64,000 bases of DNA, taken from contig NIVC01001238.1 of assembly GCA_002269645.1 (NCBI GenBank), forward strand, positions 248,001 through 312,000. The letters are read 5' to 3'. Each line of letters begins with the position of its first letter. Positions within the stretch are counted from its first letter, which is position 1. A program made the translations under genes and the position numbers. Below the pieces are notes generated by a model, which had not been told where the DNA came from, made no database searches, and saw nothing but the letters and a program-made list of their open reading frames with translations. Shown in pieces: positions 22,021 through 34,910 of the stretch. This DNA is from Macrostomum lignano (Eukaryota).

Positions 22021-22232
22021 GATTTCTTTTTGCATTGCACTTCATTTGAGTAGTTTGTCTGTTTTCTTTGTAAAAGCTTTTTTTGGCTATTTTCTTATTA
22101 CATGTAGAGAACAGAGATTCTATACAGATGTCCCCCAACGGGGGGCGAAGATTGCTAGTATTTTCTAATCGCAACCTGTTTTAACTCTAACTTGTTTTTG
22201 AGGCACTAATTTGGTTTTGGTTTTATTCTTTT

Positions 22233-22238
22233 AATAAA
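22233..22238 (+). terminator. Candidate polyadenylation signal of the repeat-precursor gene, displaced by the Helitrons
   Basis: AATAAA 75 nt after the Helitron 3' junction in T-rich UTR-like sequence. Confidence 0.4.
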
Positions 22239-23784
22239 ACACGTAATATTCTATCTGTAGGAGACGCTACAGTTAATGTTACTGTTTTTTAAGTCTCTTT
22301 TTTATTTTTTCTAGGACACTAATTCTTCCATTATATACGAGGCGTGCTGATAGCGTCCTGATTGGATGGAAAAAGTTTAGATTAATGATTTATGATGCTC
22401 GTGAACAATCGCTTTAGAAAATCAGAAAGTTTTTCAGGATTAAGGTAAATCTTTGTTGTCCAACTCTCATCCAGTTTTGTGTAAGCCAACTCAATACTGA
22501 ATTTTTAACCCATAAACCCACAAGGTGATTAATTTAAGCCAGGACTAAGGGTGATGGGCTAGATTAAAAACCAATGTCGGCTATGATCTTCTACATGCCT
22601 CTCGCAACTCGCGATAGCCAAGAACCGGCTCTTTGAGTTTGTTTGACTTCTTCAGCCAGCGTTAACAACTGAGTATAGGATTTCACCCTAGTAGCAACTC
22701 AGTTGATGGAGAGATTTAAAGCAGTGCGAATACGTGAACCTCTCACACAGACTGAAATAGATTCCTGTTGTAATTATTTTATTACATGTTGGTTCGAACT
22801 TTCTCAATTAGCGACTGCAGCTGTTAGCTACACACATTGGGCCTCGACCTTCGAAAAATGACTGATAGGATACTGAAAACAATTATTGATCGCCCAGGCA
22901 TTGCGGCTACTTCTGTCAAACGCAAGCAGACAGACACGGTAATGAAGTGATGTATTTTCGGCCCTAAAGCTTCTATCCAGCTTTGAATGTATTAGCAACT
23001 GATGGATATGCTCCAATAAAAGCTAAGGATTGCGTTTGCGAAAGACTGAGAAAAGGACGTATAAACATACCCTTATCAAACCAAGCAAGAAGCTGCGCCT
23101 AATTTCTTCTCTCCTCCCCTTGCTCGCTCGCCCTTGCTCACTCTTGTACTTGCATCAAATAATCTCCGACCTGTGTAGACAATCTTCAACGACAATGACA
23201 ACCGACAACAGAACCTTAGTGTATAAAAGTGTGTTTTCATTTTTTAATGTAAGGGAAATGTTCTGCTCAACAGAACAAGTAAATTTGTGAACGACATCAG
23301 TGGATGGGGCGCGTGGATTGATTTGAGTCTGCAAATGTATTCGCCAGTTTTGGGAGCGCAAAAAACGATTTTAATATTAATGTTTTACCACTTGTGGAAG
23401 GCTTGTTTTCCATAAAATGATTTCTTCTAAATGTTAAAACAAGAATCATAAAACGCCAATACCATACGGTACATGTATTTTAAAGGGATCATTTTGGATT
23501 GCGTTGATTTTTGTTACTTTGTTGGTGGCTTTGTCATTGAAAACTTTTGTGTGCGACGAATCTGTTTGCATTTTTTGCTGATAATTATCCTGGAGTATTC
23601 GTTCATTTGCAGGAAATTAATGAGCGTTATGAGGGCCGCAGCTTCATCAGGCACTCAATTTGGCACCACAAGGGCATCCATTTTGGCGCCCAAGGCACTA
23701 AATACGAGCGCATGTATATTATTGGCGTTCTGAAGCAAAATTATAGATTTTCATAACGGGTTACGGGTCCATAGCTTTGATTTG

Positions 23785-23829
23785 GGGGGGGGGGACATGT
23801 CTCCACTTGTCCGGTTTCCACGCCCCTGG
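23785..23829 (-). mobile_element. Solitary DNA-transposon-like terminus (hAT/MITE-like)
   Basis: Minus strand CAGGGGCGTGGAAACCGG...GACATGTCCCCCCC. The partner TIR was not found. Confidence 0.3.
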
Positions 23830-25474
23830 GACGAGACCAAGCTGTCCGCATGCATCATGCTAAATCTCCAGACTCCAGTGTTCCATGGCCTGACTGACTG
23901 ATGCCATGTAAGCGCGGACCATAGGCTGAGAATGACCAAATTTAGAGCCGCTTTCAGTATATTTTCTCCCTAGCCAAATTCTTGAAACAAACAGTAGCTT
24001 TCGATCAATAAAATAACTATAACTCATCTTGATCGTGCTTTATAGCTTGCGTGCATGGTCTTTTTGTTGTGAAGTTTCGAGCCTGTGAAGTTGCGAGCTT
24101 GTGAAGTTTCGAACTTGTGAAGTTGCGAGCTTGTGAAGTTTGCCTAAGCAAAATTTGTTTTGTACTGGAAGATTTTCGTTCGTCTGTTTCAAATGTATCG
24201 TACTACATGAGTTCCATTTTTAGCGCGAACGGCTAATGCTGCATCCTGAAGTAATGGTACATGGATTGCTCTAGATTTGCTTCAAATTTAACAAACATTT
24301 CATTCTAAAACTATTGTTATTTGAAGTCATTATCACGAGTGAAATATGGCTCTTATTCATGAGCTGCTTTCTGAGTTGCAGTTGATAGAATGCGGTGCAA
24401 AAATAATTAGGCTCAAGAATGATTACAGCGACTGCAGAAATACAGCGTAATTGCCTGCAATTTAAGGGAGTTGAGAATCGCACCACAGTCGAACCACTGT
24501 AACACTGAGCTCAGAGACTGTTGAGACAGCTTCTCTCTCAAGTTTCATTTGCAATTAAATATGTACCTTTCAAGTGTCATTCGTGCTCAAACTGTCATAA
24601 CAGGCAAACAGTCATTGTGCGACTACCGCTGTGACCTTCGGGCTCCAAATGCTTTCTACACTGCGCGCCTCTCATCGTTTGTAAAGCCACGCGAAATGCA
24701 ATTTTCAGCTCATGGGCCTCGTCTGAGGACTTGGCGGTGTGGCAATCAACGAAGCCTGCAGTTGCAGCGCGTGCTCAAAGCTACGCAAAACTCAGTTTGA
24801 GCACTCAGTATACTATAAGCTACTCTTTGCAACAAAAATAGACAAAAATCGTTGTATAAATTTGTAACTCAGAGTCCATACACCGATGTATATATATATA
24901 TGCTATAAATATGCTGTTCTCAACTTCAAATAGATCTGGCGTATCTGTAGTACATGGTCTGAAGTTTTTTTCAAGTTACAGGAAATGTCGGGCAATAGCC
25001 ATTTTGACGAGACTCGTAAGTTCAGGCCGAAATTTGTTTGACTTCGTATCTTATTGTGTGTCTAAAAAATTCCATATGTGCATATGGTAAGTGTAGTACG
25101 AGCTACTTCATCAAGGAACCGGATTATTCTATGAGCACCGGTCAGGTGCACTTTTGAAGACTAGTTCCTATGAAGAACCATTTGGTGTTCCTGTGAAGAA
25201 CCATTTGGTGTTCCTGTGAAGTACAATAAGGGCTTGGACTGAAAAGTCCGTTGGTTGCTACTACATGTCATGGTTATTTAGAAGCTTATGTTTCTGTATC
25301 AAGGTACAACCAAGAAGCGACATTGGATAAGCTTAATTATGAATTCATAAACCGCACGTACTCAACAGCTAAGCGTGTGCATTCAATAAAATTCTTGAAA
25401 TAACTTTTCAATCATTTTTCAATGCCAATTCCGTCATTCATTTCATTAAAACAATTATCCTCAATAACCTGACA

Positions 25475-26965
25475 ATGCGGCCAGAGGTGCGAAAAGTGTT
25501 CCGCGCCATCGACAAGACCGGCAGAGGCGGCATCACCGTGCAGGAGCTCTGCCAGGTGATGAAGAGAATCGGCGAGGACGTCACGGAGGCTGATGCTAGG
25601 AATATTGTTGGCCAGGCAGATACCAAAGGTAACTGGATCTGTTTCTGTCTGTCTCTTATTAATTAAATAAGCCATCTCGGACCCAGCACATGCTACGTAG
25701 CTTTATGAGAAAGTAACGGATTGCTTGCTAACACGACATGCTCAAAATATAGGTTAGCCATCTCGCTAATGTGTTCGCATCGCAAGCGAAATTGAGCCTT
25801 CAGATAAAATGTCCAAAAAACGCGAGTCCTACGTCCTGGTAGAAAGGGAACTTCTAGTGGTCCTTGTAGATGAAAATGGCACCTCCAACCGCGTACATAC
25901 TGGCGTCGCGTAATCATCTGAAGTTTCAGAAGATGGTTAATCTAATTATTGCTATCTGCATATCTGCGCATTTCAGGATCCGGTATGATAACGGAGGATG
26001 ACTTCATCAGCTACATGCAGTCGAGATCAGCTGACTTCAATCAGCTGTTGCGAGACGCATTTCAAGCCATGGACATCAAAAAGACCGGCTTCCTAACGCA
26101 TGTAGGGATGCCCAATTTAAACTGCTTTGCTTCCACAGAGATTGCAGCCACCCAGCTCATCATTTTTACCTTGCTTTCAGTCCCAACTGCGCGCCGGATT
26201 CGCCAAAGCAGGGATGAAGCTATCGACGGAAGAGCTCAAACAGATGCTGTCGGTTGTGGATGCGGACAATACGGGAAAGATCAGTTGGGAGGGTGAGAAA
26301 CAAAACTTCTAGTATTGCAGCTCTTTAAAAATCAAGTTTAAGGGGACTAAGAAAGGTGAAACTTGTCCGGGTGAAGTTTGATGCAATTGTGTCTATTTGA
26401 GTTGGTCAATGTCGGTTTAGCCCGTGACGTATATAGTGAGTGTCGGTTGGAGTAGAAATGGAGGGACGAGATAGGGTATGGCGTGGGGTGGATGTTGATT
26501 GGGGTAGGAATGGAGGGAAGGGGTATGGCGTGAGGTGGGTGTCGATTGGGGTAGAAATGGAGGGATAGGGTATGGCGTGAGGTGGGTGTCGATTGGGGTA
26601 GAAATGGAGGGATAGGGTATGGCGTGAGGTGGGTGTCGATTGGGGTAGAAATGGAGGGACGGGGTATGGCGTGAGGTGGGTGTCGATTGGGGTAGAAATG
26701 GAGGGATAGGGTATGGCGTGAGGTGGGTGTCGATTGGGGTAGAAATGGAGGGATAGGGTATGACGTGAGGTGGGTGTCGATTGGGGTAGGAACGGAGGGA
26801 CGCGGTATGGCGTGAGGTGGGTGCCGATTGGGATGGGGTTTGGTGCAGATAAGGTGGTGGGCGTTAACTGGGGTAGAAATCTGAGAAAGCAAAGAAAAAA
26901 ATTGTAGGTGAACATCTGTGTGAACTCAATTTCAAATTACAGAGTTTCTCAAGGTCACCCAGTGA
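25475..26965 (+). CDS. Calmodulin-like 4-EF-hand protein (137 aa, 4 exons)
   Basis: Exons 25475-25628, 25977-26101, 26181-26292, 26943-26965 with GT-AG introns in consistent phase. Loops DKTGRGGITVQE, DTKGSGMITEDD, DIKKTGFLTHSQ, DADNTGKISWEE; ends EFLKVTQ*. An extra upstream exon is possible. Confidence 0.88.
26420..26860. repeat. 47-bp minisatellite in calmodulin-like intron 3
   Basis: GGGTATGGCGTGAGGTGGGTGTCGATTGGGGTAGAAATGGAGGGATA units. Confidence 0.92.
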
Positions 26966-27497
26966 ACGGACTGCATGGCCGCTTTGGTACAGACAGAAAG
27001 ACAAAAGCTTGGAACCGCTGCAAATGACAGGCTGAAGTACAATGCACTCCGTTGAATGCATGCTGCATGCATGCATTAAATGTACACGTATACGACTCTA
27101 ATGTACACGGCTCCACTGTTTCTTAATAATTTCAAAAAAAGTACAAAAGCCACCACGAAGTCTCCACTTGATATTTGGCGATGAGCAGAAAGTAAAAAAT
27201 GCTAAACCAGCAGCAGCAGCAGCACTAACAGGTGCGTGCCTGTGCATCCAAAGTCTATTGAGACTAATAGGTGCGAGGTCCTGAGCATGTAAAATTTATC
27301 CAGCAGTCAAGTCAGTGTGACACTGCTGTGACAATGTGGCATTACTAGACTGTGCAGTGAATACAAACTAATGAAATCTATGTGCATTCACAATAGACTA
27401 CTTAAAGTAGAGAAGCTATGAAAATGATAGGCCTATGTAGGGCTGGTGTGGTTGCCATGGTTACAATATGGTGTAGTTCTAATTAAGAACCGTGGCG

Positions 27498-27893
27498 TCA
27501 TTTGCTAATGGTGAAATCGGCAAAGGGGCAGTCGGTGCTGGGGCCCTCCTCCGTGAACACGGCCTTGTCGATGCGGCTCCTCTTGCTGCCCTTGGTTCTC
27601 AGCCAGCGCTTGAACTCCTCCAGCTGCGGCGCGGGCCCGCAGGCCTCGCCGAGCACCGTTCCGTGCTCCGTGTTGAGCACGTAGCCGACCAGGCCGAGCC
27701 GGCATGCCTCCTCCTTGGTGTGCTTGCGAAAGAAGACGCCCTGCACTTTTCCGTGGATTTCGAATTTCACATGGTGCAGCGGGCTGTCCAATTTTGCAGC
27801 TGGCGCGGCGGCTGCGGCTGGGAAATGCGAGGCGCGGGCAGCACGCGGCACCGGGACAGATCTGGCGGCGCCTGACCTGCCTACAGCGGACAT
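27498..27893 (-). CDS. ACYP: Acylphosphatase, intronless, with N-terminal extension (131 aa)
   Basis: FEIHGKVQGVFFRK and GYVLNTEHGTV motifs (catalytic Arg and Asn), GSKRSRI; ATG at 27893. Confidence 0.93.
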   Translation of the reverse strand: MSAVGRSGAARSVPVPRAARASHFPAAAAAPAAKLDSPLHHVKFEIHGKVQGVFFRKHTKEEACRLGLVGYVLNTEHGTVLGEACGPAPQLEEFKRWLRTKGSKRSRIDKAVFTEEGPSTDCPFADFTISK

Positions 27894-30800
27894 CTTGGAA
27901 GACAGGAACGTGGGATGAAGAGTCAAGAAATTTACAGATTGTTTATTAATAAATTTTAAAACAATATTAAATTCACAAACTCATGAACTACTATTAGTAG
28001 CGCGAATGAATTTTAAGAGCTTCAAAACAAAATTATCAAACAAAAAATATCTATTTGATTTAGTACTGAAAAGGTGGGATTGAAAAATTAACACTAACCT
28101 TACAAATAGCAAACACAAATGTACTAAAATTTTGTAAGGGGCATCAATATATTTGCCTACTGCTAAATGACTTTGAAGACTATTTTTTATTGTAATTAAA
28201 TTTGTAAGAACTTATATTAATTTGTGAATGGATAGTATACAAAATCCAAAGTATAAAGTATATAAAGTGTTATGTATTATTAATTGTAATAGCCCAATAA
28301 TATATATAGTTGGCAAAAACAACTAATCATATCAATCTCTGTGTAGGCCTAGTAAACAGTAACAATAGTTACTGACAAGAGAATAATAAAGAATTAATGG
28401 TAGCAAAAAGTAAAAAGGTAAAATTAAAAAAGTAAAAAAAAATTAATTATATAGAAGTTGCTGTACTTTTTTAATGAAAATAAACTGTATTTTGTATAGA
28501 AATAAAAAAGCTTGTTTAGATTTTGCTAATGATTATTGCAAGTTTTAATTAGTTTGTAATTGTTACTTAATTGTGATTGATTTTGATAAATTGATTTATA
28601 GAATAAAAAAAATAACTAAAAATTATTTTTAAGAGTAGTATACAAAATGAGTTATTGACAAAAGAGAAAACAAAAGTGGCCATTGGCATAAAAAGGGGGG
28701 CTAAGAGGATAGGTTTCCATTTTGAAAGGGAGGGACAATCCAAAGTATAAAGTACTTGGCCCCACAATTTTTTAGCAACTTTTGATGTCTTTTTCTTAAA
28801 AAAGACTAAAATTGTTATATTTTTAGTCCATTCAAGTATTTGCTACCTTTATATTTTACAAGGGAGCTTGTAATTAAAATAAGGATTCAATTAGGTTAGA
28901 TCCAGGATCTGAGATCTGTTGGATCAGCAATTAATTGATAATAACAAATGAGTAATGATCATGGTGTCAGAATGATGGGACCAAGGGGGGGGGGATGGCC
29001 CTTCTCTTTAAAAGTGGGGGGGGTATATTAATGGTACCTGACCCCCATTTTTATAAACACTCCAGCACCTATGATAGTAGTTAACTAACAGATTGAGCAC
29101 AGATTGAGTACCAATCCTAACCAGCATTTATGTAACCAACAAAAAGTATACCAGGTATCTATTATGATCGTTTAATACTTTTTCGAGAGTGCAAAACTAC
29201 AGAATTTAAGAGTATAGCAGAACAAGAGAAATTTAAAAAATTAGCCTATTAAGATAATTTTATAATATTTTTTTTATAAAATTTTAACTATTAAGATAAA
29301 TAGTTTTCTGGTCGGCCCTTTTTAATTCGCTTTCCGCTAACTAAAACCAAGGTTTTGGAAAAGTCATATTTTTGTGTACAGTCCCAGTATAAATTTTTTG
29401 CTCTTAAGCTAATAAAAATAATGTGCTTAAAAAGGAAACTAGAGCACCTTCTTTCGGTAAGCTTTTAACACTATATTTTATTTGAAAGCACGTTAGAGTA
29501 AAATCTATTTGTTTTACTGCATAAATAATCTTCCGGGTGGTTAAAGATGATGGAAAGTGCGCTGATTTATTTATCTTCATAATTATTCCTACTATTAAAT
29601 ACAATTAATTTAGTTGTTATCGCATAAAAGTATTGTGCTCTAGAACTCCAGTCGCGACGTAAAGTACTCCAAAATTACTATATTAATTTCGACCTATATT
29701 AATTTTCACTGTATTGTTATTGAAAATACTAAGCTACTTAAAGTTTACCCAGGTTAGTCATCTAAGTCATCCTTAAATCGACTTTGGAGATCCATTAACA
29801 ACAAGCCGGGGTCAAAGAATGTTTGAAATGCCCTACATGTACGTATTCCACAAGAGTTCTTACACATGTACACTCGTTCTCGTTATTTTTTCAAGGACCA
29901 CTGTATATAGCTATATAAGTGGTCCTTGATTTTTTTACTATGCACATGGCCTTTACTACAAAAATTAAGTTTAGTGGCCACTACAACCAAAACATACATG
30001 TGTATAGAGTGTGACCAAACGATTGTTTAAAAAGAGAATATACGATACTTATGTCGTCCTTGAGAGTGGCAACAAGCCCTTGCTAAGGAAGAATAAATGG
30101 TTAGTTATTTTATTTTACGGCGTGGACAACATTTACGACTTTTGGAGTAGCAATACATATTACGTGTACAACATACGTATATGCGTGAAATAAAAGTACA
30201 CTCTGTACATGTGTATATGAAGTACCACCTTATTGAACTACTTCATGATCTCAAGTTTAAATACTTCCATAAACGTACATGAAAGTATACTCATTGTACA
30301 CGTAAAATACAGAAAGAATCACCCTGCAATGTCACCTACCCTTGAGAAGAATTAGGACCGGCTTAACCTCGTAATTATAAAGTACAAAAATGCAGATTTT
30401 TCGTTGTAAATTACTTTTAAACGTCATCCCAATAAAAGTTCTCGCCAACCATTCGATAGAATTGTTGGTTGTACGGCTTAAAGTAGGTTCGAATATCGCG
30501 CAGACGCTCAGGAGACACAGGGGGATGCCTCCGACCTTTGTTCCTGGCTAGGCAACGCTGTCTTCTTCTTTTTCGTCTACCACGACGTGGCAACCTTCGC
30601 AAGCAGTGGAAGCCCTTTCTCTTGTCCCAGTAGAAATGATGCTCGGTCACCAGCTGAGGCAGCCCGAGGAATTTTTGCAACTGAGTCATCACGGCGCCGG
30701 GATCTCAGACCAGGCGCTCGGCTGACAGCACGAGAATTTGATTGCGCGGAAACTGGTCCAGCCACCGGGACAGGTGCTCTGCATACCGGCCAATGCGCAC

Positions 30801-30989
30801 CGGTGACCAGGCTGTGTTCACCGTCAGGTTGCCGTCTGGACGTCGGACAAAGGCGAGTTGCTCGAACGGCGGCGGTGGTGGTCGACCACGCCGGGCGGCG
30901 TTGTCAACTGCCTGCGAAAGTTGAATGTGACAATGGGAACTTTTTTGTGAATCCAGAGTGCCTGAGTCAGTGCTGAGTTAGGAAGATCG

Positions 30990-31297
<308 letters not shown>

Positions 31298-31299
31298 TT

Positions 31300-31643
<344 letters not shown>

Positions 31644-32244
31644 GCAGAGGTGGGCCAGGTTGTCCATTTCGACCACGAGCCCGCAAAGCCCCGTGAGCAG
31701 GCAGTGAGTCAGCCCGCAGAGGATTAACTCAGACAATCTGATCAGCTGGTCAGAAGACTGCAGGCCCCTAACGAGTCGGGATGGGAAGCTGTGTTTGACC
31801 GAATCCGAATTCGAAGCCACCGAGTCCCCATGGAGAAGCTGCGTTCGAGGGGGTGGGGCAGTAATCTCCTTCCGAATCCGCTCTCAGCTCGCTAATCTCT
31901 CCTCCCCTCACATCCTGGAGGCAGCCGAGAAATCTTGCCACTTTCCACCTTGCCCAGTCGAGCGAGAATCAGTTTGTAGGGCTTGACTGCCCTCCCCTCC
32001 CTTCAGTCTTCCCAATTCGCCCTAATAAAATGCGTGAGTCACGGCCTGGGGGACGCTGCACGGCTGCATTGGCTTCATCGTTTTAATCCTCGGCCCGATG
32101 ACAGCTCTAAGCTCTTCTTCCTCTCTCGTCCGTTCATTTGGGGAAATCTAGCATCGAGTCTATTGGACTGGGGAGAAGACGTGGCTGGCCCTGTAATTGC
32201 AAATTTTATTATCATGCTCTGTGAATGATGCGACACGACTCACG

Positions 32245-32247
<3 letters not shown>

Positions 32248-32310
<63 letters not shown>
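32248..32310. repeat. (GA)n microsatellite
   Basis: Direct reading. Confidence 0.97.
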
Positions 32311-32314
<4 letters not shown>

Positions 32315-32427
32315 GGTCATTTGTGAGTCACGGAGCGAGAAGGGGAGAAGATTGGATTGCAATGCTGGTAGTAATTAAAGGACACTCAGAGATACAGCAG
32401 AATCAGATGTGAGCACAGCCCTCTGAG

Positions 32428-32732
32428 GCCTCACCTGTACCACGACATTCTCCCTGAGGCCTCACCTATACCAGCGCCATTCCTCCTGAAGTCTAACCTG
32501 TACCAGCGACATTCAACCCGAGGCCTCACCTGTACCAACGCCATTCCCCCTGAAGCCCCACCTGTACCAGCGCCATTCCCCCTGAAGCCTCTCCTGTACC
32601 AACGCCATTCCCCCTGAAGCCCCACCTGTACCAACGCCATCCCCCTGAAGCCTCTCCTGTACCAACGCCATTCCCCCTGAAGCCCCACCTGTACCAACGC
32701 CATCCCCCTGAAGCCTCACCTGTACCAGCGCA
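32428..32732 (-). repeat. 32-bp minisatellite spanning the HS3ST exon 1/intron 1 junction
   Basis: Minus-strand unit GCGCTGGTACAG|GTGAGGCTTCAGGGGGATG, about 9 copies. Confidence 0.9.
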
Positions 32733-33399
32733 GCCCGCGGCGGAAGTGCCTATCAAAGAAGTGCGCCTCGGGCCCGGCAGCTCTCACTGCCGGATGCAGG
32801 GCGCTGAAGGCCAGCAGGGCTCTTGTGCCCGACTTCTTGGCGCCGATGATCAGAGCCTGCGGAAGTCGTCGCCTCAAGCCGCCGGAAGCAGCAATTCCGG
32901 TAGCGGAAGTGACGATCAGTAGGATAGTTAATAAGTGCTTCATATTAAAATGAATTCGATTCTTGGCCCATCTGCAGTCCCTTTGCGTGTCTATAAAATA
33001 TGATCCCCCGAAACTGGAATGGACAGCGACGCTTTCTCATTGGCTGCAAGTTGATTTGCTGAGGACCAATCAGATTCAATGACATTCGATAAAAATTCAT
33101 CTATAGGAATAACAGGCCTTTTGTTGCGCGCGCGCGCTAGCAAATTGGGAAGAATGGCTGATAGACATAATTGGCAGTCTTTATCCAATGTTTTCATCTC
33201 TAGCAGTGGGGCTCGGGCTGTACGGGCTGACAGGCAGTTCAAGATTTTGCCTTTGGGTGGTCTTTGTTTCTATGCGTGCCCAGCGCGGCTGAGAGATCCT
33301 TATCGAGTATGCAGAGCCGCTGAATTCATCCAGTACTCTGGGATGATGAAGCGCTGGTCCAGTAAGCTCGATGTCAATAGTGGATGAGAGAGCAGAAAT

Positions 33400-33438
33400 C
33401 GGAGAGAGCGGAGAGAGAGAGGGAGAGAAAGATAGAGA

Positions 33439-33470
<32 letters not shown>

Positions 33471-33845
33471 AGATCAGGTAGAGAGCGGAGATCAGGGAGA
33501 GAGCAGAGATCGGGGAGAGAGCGGAGATCGGGGAGAGAGCGGAGATCGGGGAGAGAGCGGAGATCGGGGAGAGAGCGGAGATCGGGGAGAGAGCGGAGAT
33601 CGGGGAGAGAGCGGAGATCGGGGAGAGAGCGGAGATCGGGGAGAGAGCGGAGATCGGGGAGAGAGCGGAGATCGGGGAGAGAGTGGAGATCGGGGAGAGA
33701 GCGGAGATCGGGGAGAGAGCGGAGATCGGGGAGAGAGCGGAGATCGGGGAGAGAGCGGAGATAGGGGAGAGAGCGGAGATCGGGGAGAGAGTGGAGATCG
33801 GGGAGAGAGCGGAGATCGGGGAGAGAGCGGAGATCGGGGGGCGGA
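33400..33845. repeat. (GA)n leading into an 18-bp minisatellite CGGGGAGAGAGCGGAGAT
   Basis: Direct reading. Confidence 0.95.
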
Positions 33846-34529
33846 GGGGGAATTTCAATCAGAAGCAGATTTATCAGCTTAAAAAAAGAGAAAATATTTG
33901 AAGCCGGTTGCAAACAGCTGACTCGGCAGCAGTCACCGCAGCCAGTAGCAAAGTTCCCCCAGATTTAATAATAAACCCCCCCCCCCTAGCAACAGCTGTT
34001 GCCGGTCTTGAAGTTGGCGATAATTTCGGTTTGTAAATTTGCCCGGTGATTCACCACGGCGCACAATTCCTCAGCTACAAAAAAATTCCGCAATCCTGCT
34101 TGCATTTCTTCTTTAACAACGCCGCTCTGAACTTTTGAAATTTGGTGTGTCTTTATGCTTTATATTTGGGTATTATTGCCCCAGCCCCCCAGCTAAGCCT
34201 GTCAACACTGTCACCAATTTTGTAATTTACATTTACAAGCGTGATCCTTCAGCTCTCCTAGCAGAGGCTCGAATTTCCTTTTAAAGAAATCTCAAAGCCG
34301 AGCGGGTTGGAGTTGACAAGCAGCTACGAGTTTGCATTGCAAATTTGGTGTTGAATTCGGCCACCGGACTGCTTTAGACAGGTGCCAGTGGGGCCTGAGC
34401 TCATTTTGCAGTGTGATTCGATTCGCAAAAACAGCCTGTGTGTGACAGTCTTCAGACTTTATTGGAAAACTTCCTTTCAGACTATTCCAATCCTTCACTA
34501 CTTAGCATTCTCAAAACCTCTCAAACTTC

Positions 34530-34910
34530 AGTTCACACCCTGGAAACACATTAAAGCTCCGTTCACATCCTCCCAATATCCATCAAACCTCCGTTCACAT
34601 CCTCACGACCCACCAAACCTCTATTCACACCCTAAAAACCTATCAAACCTGCGTTCACATCCTCACGACCCATTAAACCTCCCGTTCACACCCTCACGAC
34701 CCATTAAACCTCCCGTTCACACCCTTAAAACCCATTAAACCTCCCGTTCACATCCTCACAACCCATCAAACCCCCCGTTCACACCCTCGAAACCCATCAA
34801 ACCTGTGACACCCTAAAAACGCAGCAAACCTCCGTTCACACCCTCACGACCCACCAAACCTCCGTTCACACCCTCACAACCCACCAAACCTCCGTTCACA
34901 CTCCCAACTG
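34530..34910. repeat. Degenerate ~33-bp minisatellite (AAACCTCCGTTCACACCCTCACGACCC...)
   Basis: Direct reading. Confidence 0.85.

Larger units (their letters stand above)
12331..22158 (+). mobile_element. Non-autonomous Helitron, copy H2 (hosts the LINE)
   Basis: TCCTATATACTAAAAATGAGTTG begins at 12331 directly after the H1 CTAG. The 3' end has a CCCCC-AAC-GGGGGG hairpin, then CTAG at 22155-22158, then host T22159. Confidence 0.88.

Noticed and set aside
22780-23450. Possible hAT transposase remnant on the minus strand
   Set aside because: Only vague motif resemblance across several stops; not supportable without a search.
27451-27464. RFX X-box GTTGCCATGGTTAC (others at 35013-35026 and in coding sequence near 39600)
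   Set aside because: Lies in the ACYP 3' region or in CDS; a 14-bp degenerate palindrome alone is weak evidence.
30705-30707. Selenocysteine reading of the HS3ST TGA
   Set aside because: The position is not Cys or catalytic in this family and no SECIS was recognised.
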